IMG/VR virus record: IMGVR_UViG_3300036791_001056
Coordinates: 32,001-96,000 of that record
DNA length: 64,000 nt
Reading direction: 5' to 3' (one strand)
Source of the DNA: a virus
Below are positions 1-7,612 of the stretch, in pieces. The notes under the pieces were generated by a model. That model was given only the letters and a program-made list of their open reading frames with translations, made no database searches and was not told the origin of the DNA. Within the stretch, counting starts at the first letter, position 1; every line of letters begins with the position of its first letter. Both the position numbers and the translations under genes were made by a program.

Positions 1-149
1 ACCGGGGCCGACGCTAAGCCGGGGCAGGTCGCCGTCGTCATCAACAGCGCAGCGTTCCGAGACACGCACGGGGCCCAAGAGCTGCGGGGCTGCGCGTCTT
101 ATCACGTCACACAGGCCCGGGCGCGGTTGGCGCAAGAACGATCACCAGG

Positions 150-395
150 GTGAGCGTCACCGTGCCGGGCGTGAGCGCGCCCGGCTACAGCGCCATCGCG
201 GGCGCCGTCACGGGCGTCGTGCTCTGGGTGCTGAGCACGTATGCCTTCAGCGGCCGCGCGGTGCCCGCGCCCATCGAGGGCGCGGCGTGGGTGCCGATCC
301 CGGCCGCGGTCAGCGGCTTGGCCGCGCTCGTCACCCGGCGGAGCACGACCTCAACGACATCAGCTCCCTCACCAGCGGAATCATCACATCGCTGA
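150..395 (+). CDS. small membrane protein (holin-like)
   Basis: 81 aa with two hydrophobic segments and a polar tail. Confidence 0.5.
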   Translation: MSVTVPGVSAPGYSAIAGAVTGVVLWVLSTYAFSGRAVPAPIEGAAWVPIPAAVSGLAALVTRRSTTSTTSAPSPAESSHR

Positions 396-414
396 GCTGA
401 CGCGTGAAAGACGG

Positions 415-443
415 TTTACAAGCCCAGTGACTTGTGATAGAGT
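415..443 (+). promoter_or_regulatory. sigma70-type promoter, phage consensus TTTACA-N17-TAGAGT
   Basis: TTTACA 415-420 and TAGAGT 438-443; same motif recurs many times in the window. Confidence 0.6.
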
Positions 444-1013
444 TTCTATCGTTAGCCCGCCGGGGCAGGGATGGGGCGAAGGTCCGGAGCCTCTCGGCCA
501 GGTTGACGCGCAGTGACCGGCAGGCAGCTGTAACTCCTCACAGGGCTGTCTGCCTGCCGGTCACGGCAACAACTCCATAGCGAGGTACCCAGATGAGGGC
601 GTGCGCCCAGCGCTCAGCACTCACGCTGAGCGAGCGCCAGCAGGAAGCCGACGAGGCCTGGCGGTTCTACGGTGAGCGACCCGCGCGCGGGCTGCAGGGA
701 GACTGATCATCTCCAGACTCACGTGCTGTGCGTACAGCCTCACCTGGGTATCTCGCAGTACGGTCGAGCACTCATGCCTGGCCCCGCAGCGGGGAGACAC
801 TGGCACCGAGAGCCTCAGCCGGTAAAATCAGTTTGGCCCGCCGGCAACGGTGGTATAGTAGGTAACGTAACACAGCACGACCGGAGCCTCGGCTCCCTCC
901 GCCCGCACGTGGCCGGAGTAGCCTCCCTTGGGAGATTTGAGAACTCCATAGTGAAGCCATCGTGACGGGCGGCGCAGGTCAGATACCGGGCCTGCGCCGA
1001 CCTGTCCACACAA

Positions 1014-1084
1014 GCGGACGTCGTCCAACGGTAGGACAGTGGTCTCCAAAGCCACTTATGGGGGTTCGAATCCTCCCGGCCGTG
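1014..1084 (+). tRNA. tRNA-Trp(CCA)
   Basis: cloverleaf; anticodon arm GTGGT-CTCCAAA-GCCAC; T-loop TTCGAAT. Confidence 0.9.
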
Positions 1085-1092
1085 CGTTACAC

Positions 1093-1163
1093 GGGCTGGT
1101 AGCATAGCGGTAGTGCATCGCGTTCGCAGCGCGGTGACCCGGGTTCGAGTCCCGGCCGGTCCA
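1093..1163 (+). tRNA. tRNA-Ala(CGC)
   Basis: cloverleaf; loop TT-CGC-AG; G3:U70. Confidence 0.9.
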
Positions 1164-1393
1164 CGACCCATCCTGCGGGAGTCATAATAGCGGGCGCAGC
1201 CATAGCGCGCGGCGGCGAAGCCGACGGGCAAAAGCGCGCAGGTGACCGGCGACCGTCTGCAGCGGAAGCGCCGGCACCGACTGGTCCGAAAGTTGCCGGC
1301 CATCCCAGGCGCGAGACGTCACCGGGACGCGGTAGGACCTCACATCCACCTGGGCACCCCTGCGCAATCCTGCTTGGTGCCCAGGGGGAACAT

Positions 1394-1466
1394 GGGCGGC
1401 TAGCTCTAACGGTAGAGCGACTCCCTTGCACGGAGAAGGTTCGGGGTTCAAGTCCCCGGCTGTCCA
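1394..1466 (+). tRNA. tRNA-Ala(TGC)
   Basis: cloverleaf; loop CT-TGC-AC. Confidence 0.9.
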
Positions 1467-1503
1467 CGGCCGGAAGTCACGGGTTCGAGTCCCGTCTCAT
1501 CAC
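1467..1503 (+). pseudogene. 3' half of a tRNA (Asp-like remnant)
   Basis: GAAGTC-ACGGG-TTCGAGT-CCCGT T-arm with no 5' half. Confidence 0.55.
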
Positions 1504-1611
1504 TTGAGACGGCGTGATCACCTTTAGTGCTGATTAGTACGCATGGCGGGACATCAGCACGGCGAGGGGCGCGCTGGTGATGAGTACCTCAGCGGCAGAG
1601 GCCGGCACTCT

Positions 1612-1685
1612 GGGGCTGTAGCGCAGCTTGGTAGCGCAACTGCATGGCATGCAGTAGGTCGCGGGTTCAAATCCCGCCTGCTCCA
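1612..1685 (+). tRNA. tRNA-Ala(GGC)
   Basis: cloverleaf; ACTGC-ATGGCAT-GCAGT. Confidence 0.9.
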
Positions 1686-1792
1686 CCTGGGAGATGGCAA
1701 GTCTGCCGGCATGTGTAGAGGGCCGTGACGGGTACCTCAGCGGGGGTGATACCGAAGGCCGGGTGTCTCCGGCGGCAAACCAGCAGGTTCAG

Positions 1793-1865
1793 CGGAAACG
1801 AGGAAGACGGTTAATCCACCTGGCTGGGGGCCAGGTAACACCGGGTCCGACTCCCGGGTTTCCGA
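1793..1865 (+). tRNA. tRNA-Pro(GGG)
   Basis: acceptor CGGAAAC/GTTTCCG; CCTGG-CTGGGGG-CCAGG. Confidence 0.85.
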
Positions 1866-1884
1866 CGCAAGTTTAAAAACAGGG

Positions 1885-1959
1885 CGGAATGTAGCGCAGC
1901 TTGGTTAGCGCACCGCGTTCGGGACGCGGGGGCCGGCGGTTCAAGTCCGCCCATTCCGA
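1885..1959 (+). tRNA. tRNA-Pro(CGG)
   Basis: cloverleaf; CCGCG-TTCGGGA-CGCGG. Confidence 0.92.
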
Positions 1960-1960
1960 C

Positions 1961-2347
1961 GTGGTTTACTACGGTGAACAACGACGCCAATATCAACGTG
2001 AACGACGCGCACAACTCCGGGCAGCGTGGTTCGCAGGTAAAATATGCGCGCACTGTGGTGCCACTGATAAACTTGAGCTAGATCACATTGATCCGGCAAC
2101 TAAGATCTCACACGTAATCTGGAGTTGGAGCGCAGAACGGCGTGATGCTGAGCTAGCTAAATGTCAAGCACTCTGTAAAGTGTGTCATCAGCGGAAATCA
2201 ACTGATGAATCACGTGCTTTGCAAGTCGGTTCAACCGTACCAGCCGATCGAAAAGAAAAGATCAGAGCGGCACTAAAAGAACGGTACAACACACCTGAAG
2301 GCCGAGCGCACATGCGCTGGGTCTCTCATCACCGGAGCATCGCGTAA
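1961..2347 (+). CDS. HNH endonuclease
   Basis: CAHC...LELDHIDP...CQALCKVCHQRKS; likely GTG start just after tRNA-Pro; more AT-rich than flanks. Confidence 0.85.
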   Translation: MVYYGEQRRQYQRERRAQLRAAWFAGKICAHCGATDKLELDHIDPATKISHVIWSWSAERRDAELAKCQALCKVCHQRKSTDESRALQVGSTVPADRKEKIRAALKERYNTPEGRAHMRWVSHHRSIA

Positions 2348-2404
2348 GGGTCAGCGCGCCAGCTTTGGGAGCTGGGAGATGGGGTTCGAGTCCCTGTGTT
2401 CCGA
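2333..2404 (+). tRNA. tRNA-Pro(TGG)
   Basis: CCAGC-TTTGGGA-GCTGG; overlaps the HNH stop. Confidence 0.85.
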
Positions 2405-2660
2405 CGATGCGGGTTAGCTGCCCGCAGAGGTGATGCCGGAATAATCCCTACGCCCAGGCTGGGGGATAACGGCAGCGCGACGGCAGGCCGAGAGGTAACT
2501 TACCGGAGGCGCGGCTAGCGACCGCAACTGACGTGGGGTAGCCCCCGAACGCGCAGGCGTCTCGACTTACCGGCAACTCTGGGACGAGACGTGCGGGAAG
2601 CCAGTCCCGCTCACCGCTTCCCCACCAGTGTTTAACTAATAAGCGGCACTGGTGGGCGAT

Positions 2661-2732
2661 GGCACTCTAGCTGAGACGGATTAGCGCATGCCTGAAGAGC
2701 TTGAGAGGCCGGCTCGATACCGGCGGGTGCCA
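2661..2732 (+). tRNA. tRNA-Phe(GAA)
   Basis: acceptor GGCACTC/GGGTGCC; loop CT-GAA-GA. Confidence 0.8.
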
Positions 2733-2918
2733 CGTAAGCGTGCCAAGGTTAGCTGCTGAGTTTAATCTGGCCGGGTGAGTAGCGCTCCACTCGGTAAGTC
2801 TGGTTCGTGCATGGACCAGATCGCACGCTTCCCGGGGTACGGTGTCGTCACCCTGTGAGCCGAGTACCTGCAGGTCTCGGCGAAATTCAGGCTCTGGCAC
2901 GACGCGGCCCCGGGACTT

Positions 2919-2989
2919 GCGGATGTAGCTCAGTGGCAGAGCAGGTGCCTTCCAAGCATCCAACCGGGGTCCGATTCCCCGTATCCGCT
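2919..2989 (+). tRNA. tRNA-Gly(TCC)
   Basis: GCGGATG/TATCCGC; loop CT-TCC-AA. Confidence 0.88.
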
Positions 2990-2994
2990 CTTAC

Positions 2995-3066
2995 GCGCCG
3001 CTAGCTCAGCGGAAGAGCAGTGGACTCTTAATCCAACGGTCGGGGGTTCGATCCCCTCGCGGCGCA
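2995..3066 (+). tRNA. tRNA-Lys(CTT)
   Basis: cloverleaf; loop CT-CTT-AA. Confidence 0.9.
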
Positions 3067-3077
3067 CCGAATTACAT

Positions 3078-3159
3078 ACCCGAGTGGTGGAATGGCAGAC
3101 ATGGCAGGCTCAAACCCTGCTGCCCTAGTGGTGTGCGGGTTCAATTCCCGCCTCGGGTA
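3078..3159 (+). tRNA. tRNA-Leu(CAA)
   Basis: GCAGG-CTCAAAC-CCTGC; long variable arm. Confidence 0.9.
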
Positions 3160-3230
3160 CTTGCCGCGATCAGACTGGGGGTCACCGATCGCAGGCGAGG
3201 CAGCGGCTCTCCCCCCGAGCCGCTGCTCTC

Positions 3231-3303
3231 TACCGGGTGGGTTGCCGGCATCCCATCATGGCTCTGAACCATGGCCACGCAGGTTCGACTCCTGCTCCGG
3301 TAG
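3231..3303 (+). tRNA. tRNA-Gln(CTG)
   Basis: CATGG-CTCTGAA-CCATG; atypical D arm. Confidence 0.8.
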
Positions 3304-3366
3304 CTCTGGCGCTCACTGCTGTGACCGTCGTCTCGCTCACCTCCGATCCGCGTGGGCGCCAGTTAC

Positions 3367-3437
3367 GCCTCTTTAGCTCAGTGGCAGATCACCGCACTCG
3401 TAGCGCGGTGACCTGGGTCCGATTCCCAGTTGAGGCT
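3367..3437 (+). tRNA. tRNA-Thr(CGT)
   Basis: GCC...GGC-T acceptor; loop CT-CGT-AG. Confidence 0.8.
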
Positions 3438-3450
3438 CGGGTAAACCTAT

Positions 3451-3524
3451 GTTCTCGTAGCCCAACGGCAGGAGGCACGGCGTTGAGGTCGCCGGCAGTG
3501 CGAGTTCGAATCTCGCCGGGAACA
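3451..3524 (+). tRNA. tRNA-Leu(GAG), short variable loop
   Basis: CGGCG-TTGAGGT-CGCCG; variable region only GCAGT. Confidence 0.85.
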
Positions 3525-3751
3525 CGTAGACCTTTCGCCAGCTCACAGAGCTGTTATTAGGCGCGACAAACCAGCAGCTAGGTGGCAGTTGCTGCTGACA
3601 AATCGTGCGCTGCTGTCACCAGAAAGCGGAAGCTCACATGACTGGCCGGGAAGCTGGCTGCGCAGTAAGCGGTGAGCCTGTGTCAGGGAGCCAGCGCGCA
3701 TGCTCTGGGTTGAGTATGCACCACCCGTGTGATCTCCCGCTCACACGCTCC

Positions 3752-3820
3752 GCCCCTGGGTCCGGCGACCGTCGTCCCCCTGTAAGGGAAGATCGCTCGG
3801 CTCGACACCGAGCGGGGGCT
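3752..3820 (+). tRNA. tRNA-Thr(TGT), divergent
   Basis: GCCCCTG/CGGGGGC; loop CC-TGT-AA; reduced D arm; T-loop CTCGACA. Confidence 0.6.
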
Positions 3821-3823
3821 CAC

Positions 3824-3958
3824 AGCGTACGGCAAGCTTAATAAGAGCGAGATCAGGCATTGTACGGCTAAACGCGTCTCGTGCGACGTACGGTTACGTT
3901 CACAGCAATCGTCGCTAAAAAATTAAACTAGCCACAGCGGGATTCGCCGCCGTACGCT
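3824..3958 (+). ncRNA. structured RNA closed by a 10-bp terminal stem, loosely tRNA-shaped
   Basis: AGCGTACGGC/GCCGTACGCT closing stem with internal hairpins. Confidence 0.45.
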
Positions 3959-3971
3959 CATACTTTACTGC

Positions 3972-4043
3972 TCCCGGGTCGTCTAAGGGCAGGATGCGGC
4001 GCTTTGAACGCCGAAGATGCGGGTTCGAGTCCAGCCCCGGGAA
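3972..4043 (+). tRNA. tRNA-Gln(TTG)
   Basis: CGGCG-CTTTGAA-CGCCG. Confidence 0.88.
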
Positions 4044-4213
4044 CGCAAGTGTGGTACGCTGGCACGGTGCCTCGCCGCGGGAATACCACAGAGCGTCACC
4101 GGCAGCGCCGGAATCACCGGCCGATGAAGTCGGGTAAGCACGGCAGCGGGCACGACAGCAAGCTGCGGCTGCGCAAGCGCGAGCTCAACCAGCACATTCG
4201 GCCCCGTAATCAC

Positions 4214-4285
4214 GCCTCTTTAGCTCAGTGGCAGCGCACCGCCATGGTAAGGCGGAGGTCGTGGGTCCGATTCCCACTCGGGGCT
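4214..4285 (+). tRNA. tRNA-Thr(GGT)
   Basis: CCGCC-ATGGTAA-GGCGG. Confidence 0.85.
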
Positions 4286-4320
4286 CAAAGGCTGGACATT
4301 GAACTCCAGCCACCCCTCCC

Positions 4321-4393
4321 GCGGTTATAGCTCAGCAGGCAGAGCGCCACCTTCCCAAGGTGGATGTCGCCGGTTCGATCCCGGTTAGCCGCT
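4321..4393 (+). tRNA. tRNA-Gly(CCC)
   Basis: CCACC-TTCCCAA-GGTGG. Confidence 0.9.
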
Positions 4394-4397
4394 CGAT

Positions 4398-4529
4398 GGC
4401 GAGTCGAAGACTTACCGGTTATCCCGAGCCAAAATTTCGGGAGTAGCTCAGTGGTAGAGCGCCGCCGCAAGGCGGAGGACGTGGGTTCGAACCCCACCTC
4501 TAACGCCGGTGATCATCATCACATTCGCC
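4398..4529 (+). ncRNA. Y-RNA-like RNA (Y0) with a non-permuted tRNA-like domain
   Basis: GGCGAGT-(C)-G / C-ATTCGCC helix; CCGGTTATC; D arm, GCAA-tetraloop arm and T arm. Confidence 0.75.
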
Positions 4530-4599
4530 TCACCCGAGTCACCAGCGCAGAGTGCAGATGAGGTGCGCATAGTTTCGTAGCTGCGCTGGTGCTCGCAGT

Positions 4600-4673
4600 G
4601 TGACTGTAGCTCAGTTGGTTAGAGCACCTGCTTGCCAAGTAGGAGGTCGCGGGTTCGAACCCCGTTAGTCACT
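4600..4673 (+). tRNA. tRNA-Gly(GCC)
   Basis: CCTGC-TTGCCAA-GTAGG. Confidence 0.9.
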
Positions 4674-4674
4674 C

Positions 4675-5223
4675 ATGACCAGACAGCGTGTATGGGTGGA
4701 TGAAGATTTGATCTCAGCAATATCATCATCTAGCACACTCGCTGAGGTATGTAGGAAGCTGAATCTCAAGCTAGCCGGTAGTACTTACGTAATGATGCGT
4801 AGGCACATCAAACGACTTGACGTTGACATTAGTCACTTTACTGGTCAAGCATGGATGCTTGGCCGAGTAAAAAGCGTGGAACAAGCACGATCTGATTTGC
4901 TGCCAAGAATGACGAAAAACTCCACGCCATTTGGCTATCGGCGGTTGATTGCCTCTGATTTTAAAGAAGCTAAATGTGAAGAATGTGAGCTAACTGAATG
5001 GCGTGGGCAGCCGCCACCATTGCAGCTCGATCACATCGATGGTGATCGAACGAACAATGTACTGGATAATCTGCGAATTTTGTGCGCAAACTGCCATATG
5101 CTTACAGAAACGTGGGGTTTTAAACGAAGACATGACGGCCTAGCCCAATCTGGCAGGAGGCACACGGCTCAGACCCGTGGATGTGTCGGTTCGAGTCCGA
5201 CGGTCGTCACGCAAGGAGAGTGA
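4675..5223 (+). CDS. HNH endonuclease
   Basis: CEEC...LQLDHIDGDRTNNVLDNLRILCANCH; N-terminal HTH-like region; ORF runs through tRNA-Leu(CAG). Confidence 0.9.
   Translation: MTRQRVWVDEDLISAISSSSTLAEVCRKLNLKLAGSTYVMMRRHIKRLDVDISHFTGQAWMLGRVKSVEQARSDLLPRMTKNSTPFGYRRLIASDFKEAKCEECELTEWRGQPPPLQLDHIDGDRTNNVLDNLRILCANCHMLTETWGFKRRHDGLAQSGRRHTAQTRGCVGSSPTVVTQGE
5134..5209 (+). tRNA. tRNA-Leu(CAG), short variable loop
   Basis: CACGG-CTCAGAC-CCGTG; variable region GATGT. Confidence 0.88.
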
Positions 5224-5301
5224 ACCGGACAGGCGCGCCGGTCCTCGTTGCTACCGAGTGAGCGGTCGGAAGGCCGTGGGAATCATGTTCTCCGCTCTCC
5301 G
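5215..5301 (+). tRNA. tRNA-Ser(GCT), 8/4 fold
   Basis: 8-bp acceptor GGAGAGTG/CGCTCTCC, 4-bp T stem, long D stem, G73. Confidence 0.8.
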
Positions 5302-5429
5302 CGCCCGCGCGCCGCGCTCTAAGTCGCTCTGGTCGTACTCCACCCCGTCCTCTGGAGCGTATGGTGATCATCAGTATGTGGCGTCCCCACGTTGATAAAA
5401 TCCCGCTGAGTGCGGCGCGCGAGCTTAAT

Positions 5430-5515
5430 GGAAGATGAACCTGCCAGGCGGCAGGCACCGGCTGGAACCCGCGTGGGCGTCAACTGGCGCTGGGAATCGT
5501 GCTCTCCGTCTTCCG
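5430..5515 (+). tRNA. tRNA-Ser(GGA), 8/4 fold
   Basis: GGAAGATG/CGTCTTCC; loop CT-GGA-AC. Confidence 0.8.
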
Positions 5516-5541
5516 CGGCTTCACGGTCAGGTAATTCACAT

Positions 5542-5627
5542 GGAGAGTGAACCGCGCGGGCGCGCGGGCTCGCCTCGAAAGCGATGTGGCGTCAGTTGGC
5601 GCTGGGAATCGTGCTCTCCGCTCTCCG
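5542..5627 (+). tRNA. tRNA-Ser(CGA), 8/4 fold
   Basis: GGAGAGTG/CGCTCTCC; loop CT-CGA-AA. Confidence 0.8.
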
Positions 5628-5745
5628 CGGCCTAACCACCTTTCGCGTGAGCTCTCACCGCGAAGCTGGCGGCCTAGGGAACCTAGCTGGTCAATGGTGC
5701 GGGTGCCAGCCAGCTCGCAGGTAGGGTTTAGGCGAGCATGGTCTA

Positions 5746-5805
5746 ACAGAGCTGAGTACAGCGAACAGAAGCAGTGCGTAGTGAAGTATAGCGCAGATCA
5801 GTCAC
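5746..5805. repeat. degenerate 5-bp periodic repeat tract
   Basis: GCTGA GTACA GCGAA CAGAA GCAGT GCGTA GTGAA GTATA GCGCA GATCA. Confidence 0.65.
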
Positions 5806-5806
5806 T

Positions 5807-5892
5807 GGAGAGTGAATTGAGCGGGAGCTCGAGCTCGCCTTGAAAGCGAAGCGGCGTCGCGAGGCGCTGAGGGTCAGGACCTCCATTCTCCG
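5807..5892 (+). tRNA. tRNA-Ser(TGA), 8/4 fold
   Basis: GGAGAGTG/CATTCTCC; loop CT-TGA-AA; T stem GAGG/CCTC. Confidence 0.8.
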
Positions 5893-5894
5893 CT

Positions 5895-6017
5895 GTGCGA
5901 CGTGGTGTAGCAGATACGATCAAGAAATTAGCACGCTGGCGGCGCGAGATCCCGGGTGAGGGCATCATCACTGAGCCAGAAGGTCCGGTGGAGAATCGGG
6001 AATCTGGTCGTCAGCAC
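5895..6017 (+). ncRNA. tRNA-scaffold RNA with expanded D, anticodon and T loops
   Basis: acceptor GTGCGACG/CGTCAGCAC; D stem GTGT/GCAC; CTGGC/GCCAG around a 34-nt insert. Confidence 0.5.
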
Positions 6018-6021
6018 TCAC

Positions 6022-6097
6022 TGCACGCGGTCATCTGGTTGGTGGATCCCGTCTGATAAGCGGGGTGTGCTGGGTTCGACTCCCAGGCGTGCAACCA
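6022..6097 (+). tRNA. tRNA-Ile(GAT)
   Basis: CCCGT-CTGATAA-GCGGG; encoded CCA; atypical D arm. Confidence 0.8.
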
Positions 6098-6098
6098 T

Positions 6099-6170
6099 GG
6101 CGAGATAGCTCAGCGGCAGAGCGCTCGGCTCATAACCGAGAGGGCGTGGGTTCGGTGCCCACTCTCGCTA
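6099..6170 (+). tRNA. tRNA-Met(CAT), elongator-like
   Basis: CTCGG-CTCATAA-CCGAG. Confidence 0.85.
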
Positions 6171-6172
6171 CG

Positions 6173-6247
6173 CGGCCGGTAGCTCAGCCGGTTCAGAGCA
6201 GCGGACTCATAATCCGCCGGTCCTGGGTTCAAGTCCCAGCCGGCCGA
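6173..6247 (+). tRNA. tRNA(CAT), probably Ile2
   Basis: GCGGA-CTCATAA-TCCGC; identity inferred from resemblance to Ile2-type tRNAs. Confidence 0.75.
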
Positions 6248-6305
6248 CACAGGAGGTCAGATGCCCGGTAAACAGGTGGTCGCGCGAATACAGCAGGCGT
6301 GACCG

Positions 6306-6377
6306 GCCCCGCTAGCGCAACGGCAGAGCGGCGGACTTTTAATCCGACAGTTCGGGGTTCGAGTCCCCGGCGGGGCA
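6306..6377 (+). tRNA. tRNA-Lys(TTT)
   Basis: loop CT-TTT-AA. Confidence 0.9.
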
Positions 6378-6378
6378 C

Positions 6379-6585
6379 GCTCAGAAAGAGCTGAGCTCAG
6401 ACTAGCTGGTATCAGTGAAGCAGTGCTAATCTCAGCGCAGCGCGGCATACCTCAGCTCAGTGCGATGGAGCATAGCAGCGAAAAGCTCAGGTCCCAGCGC
6501 ACCAAAGAGCAGCTTACCGCAGCTCAGCTGACGAGAGCAAAGATTAGGAAAGCCGAGATTAGCTTAGTTGTAACCTTAGCTCAGC
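6379..6585. repeat. degenerate 5-bp periodic repeat tract (about 40 units)
   Basis: GCTGA GCTCA GACTA GCTGG TATCA GTGAA GCAGT GCTAA TCTCA GCGCA ... Confidence 0.75.
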
Positions 6586-6659
6586 GTGCCACTGGCGCAA
6601 TCGGACAGCGCTGCCGTCTTCTAAGCGGTTGGTTCCCGGTTCGAGTCCGGGGTGGCGCA
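6586..6659 (+). tRNA. tRNA-Arg(TCT)
   Basis: GCCGT-CTTCTAA-GCGGT. Confidence 0.9.
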
Positions 6660-6663
6660 CCTT

Positions 6664-6722
6664 GCGAAGCTAAGTGGAGTTAAGCGGTGCTTAGTCCAGC
6701 AGAGTAAAGTTAAGCGAAGTAC
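6664..6722. repeat. degenerate 5-bp periodic repeat tract
   Basis: GCGAA GCTAA GTGGA GTTAA GCGGT GCTTA GTCCA GCAGA GTAAA GTTAA GCGAA. Confidence 0.7.
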
Positions 6723-6728
6723 TTATGC

Positions 6729-6800
6729 GCGCTGATAGTGCAGCGGATAGCACGGCGACCTCCTAAGTCGCAGGCCCGAGTCCGAATCTCGGTTGGCGCA
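6729..6800 (+). tRNA. tRNA-Arg(CCT)
   Basis: GCGAC-CTCCTAA-GTCGC. Confidence 0.85.
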
Positions 6801-6810
6801 CCCAGTAAGA

Positions 6811-6821
6811 TGTGGTATAAT
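6811..6821 (+). promoter_or_regulatory. extended -10 promoter inside the tRNA cluster
   Basis: TGTGG-TATAAT. Confidence 0.55.
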
Positions 6822-6842
6822 TGTTAACAGTAGTCTCCGTGA

Positions 6843-6916
6843 GCTCCTATGGACAAAGCGGTTAAGTTGCCTGCCCCTCAAGCAGGAGATTCCCGGTTCG
6901 AATCCGGGTGGGAGCA
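6843..6916 (+). tRNA. tRNA-Glu(CTC)
   Basis: CCTGC-CCCTCAA-GCAGG. Confidence 0.88.
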
Positions 6917-6988
6917 CGCGCGGTAGTGTAACGGCAACATGCCGGGCTCATAACCCGGGTGATGCGGGTTCGAGTCCCGCCTGCGCAT
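6917..6988 (+). tRNA. tRNA-Met(CAT), initiator-like
   Basis: C1:A72 mismatch; GGG/CCC anticodon stem. Confidence 0.8.
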
Positions 6989-7003
6989 CGTTAGGTGATC
7001 AAC

Positions 7004-7075
7004 GGCCCCATCGTCTATGGGTTAGGATCGGCGGTTTTCACCCGCCGGAACGGAGTTCGACTCTCCGTGGGGCTG
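7004..7075 (+). tRNA. tRNA-Glu(TTC)
   Basis: GGCGG-TTTTCAC-CCGCC. Confidence 0.9.
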
Positions 7076-7076
7076 C

Positions 7077-7150
7077 AGCGGAGTGGAGCAGTTCGGTAGC
7101 TCGGTGGGCTCATAATCCACAGGTCCCGGGTTCAAATCCCGGCTCTGCCA
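7077..7150 (+). tRNA. tRNA-Met(CAT), initiator-like
   Basis: GGAGCAGTTCGGTAGCTCG fMet-type D arm; 1:72 mismatch. Confidence 0.85.
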
Positions 7151-7196
7151 CGGGGACGGCTGGTTTCGTGTGGCCACTTGGCCAGCCGTCACTCAT

Positions 7197-7268
7197 TCCG
7201 GTCTGGCCAAACGGCAAGGCGCCGAGCTGTTAACTCGGACATTCGGGGTTCGACTCCCTGGACCGGAG
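7197..7268 (+). tRNA. tRNA-Asn(GTT)
   Basis: CCGAG-CTGTTAA-CTCGG. Confidence 0.9.
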
Positions 7269-7296
7269 CGGGTGGCCTCAGGCTGCCACCTGCCGA

Positions 7297-7368
7297 GCTG
7301 GCGTAGTGTATCGGTGTGCACGGCACCCCGTCAAGGTGCTAGGGCGAGTTCAACTCTCGTCGTCAGCG
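7297..7368 (+). tRNA. tRNA-Asp(GTC)
   Basis: GCACC-CCGTCAA-GGTGC. Confidence 0.85.
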
Positions 7369-7414
7369 CGATGCGCGGCAGCCGTGCCTGCATACCGTTG
7401 TCGCGCATCATTTT

Positions 7415-7486
7415 GCTCGAGTGGCTCAGCGGAAGAGCACCGCCCCGACACGGCGGAGGTCGCTGGTTCGATCCCAGCTTCGGGCA
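7415..7486 (+). tRNA. tRNA-Val(GAC)
   Basis: CCGCC-CCGACAC-GGCGG. Confidence 0.88.
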
Positions 7487-7612
7487 CGCAGTTGTGCAGA
7501 GGGATTCTAGACAACTCCAGCGTGGTGCAAGTGCATACCCGGAGCAGCCAGCCGCAAGTCCACGCGCTCAGCCATCACGGGTGGGAGAGGTTGAGACCGC
7601 ACAATTGCCACG

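Noticed and set aside
1560-1770. SAH riboswitch or HDV-like theta ribozyme
   Set aside because: Only partial resemblance; the required pseudoknot pairings could not be identified by eye.
3883-3932. preQ1-like riboswitch (stem-loop plus A-rich AAACTAG tail)
   Set aside because: The loop does not clearly match, no queuosine gene follows, and it lies inside a larger closed structure.
5807-5892. Selenocysteine or suppressor tRNA
   Set aside because: The anticodon is TGA (reads UCA, Ser), not TCA; no CTA, TTA or TCA anticodon tRNA was found.
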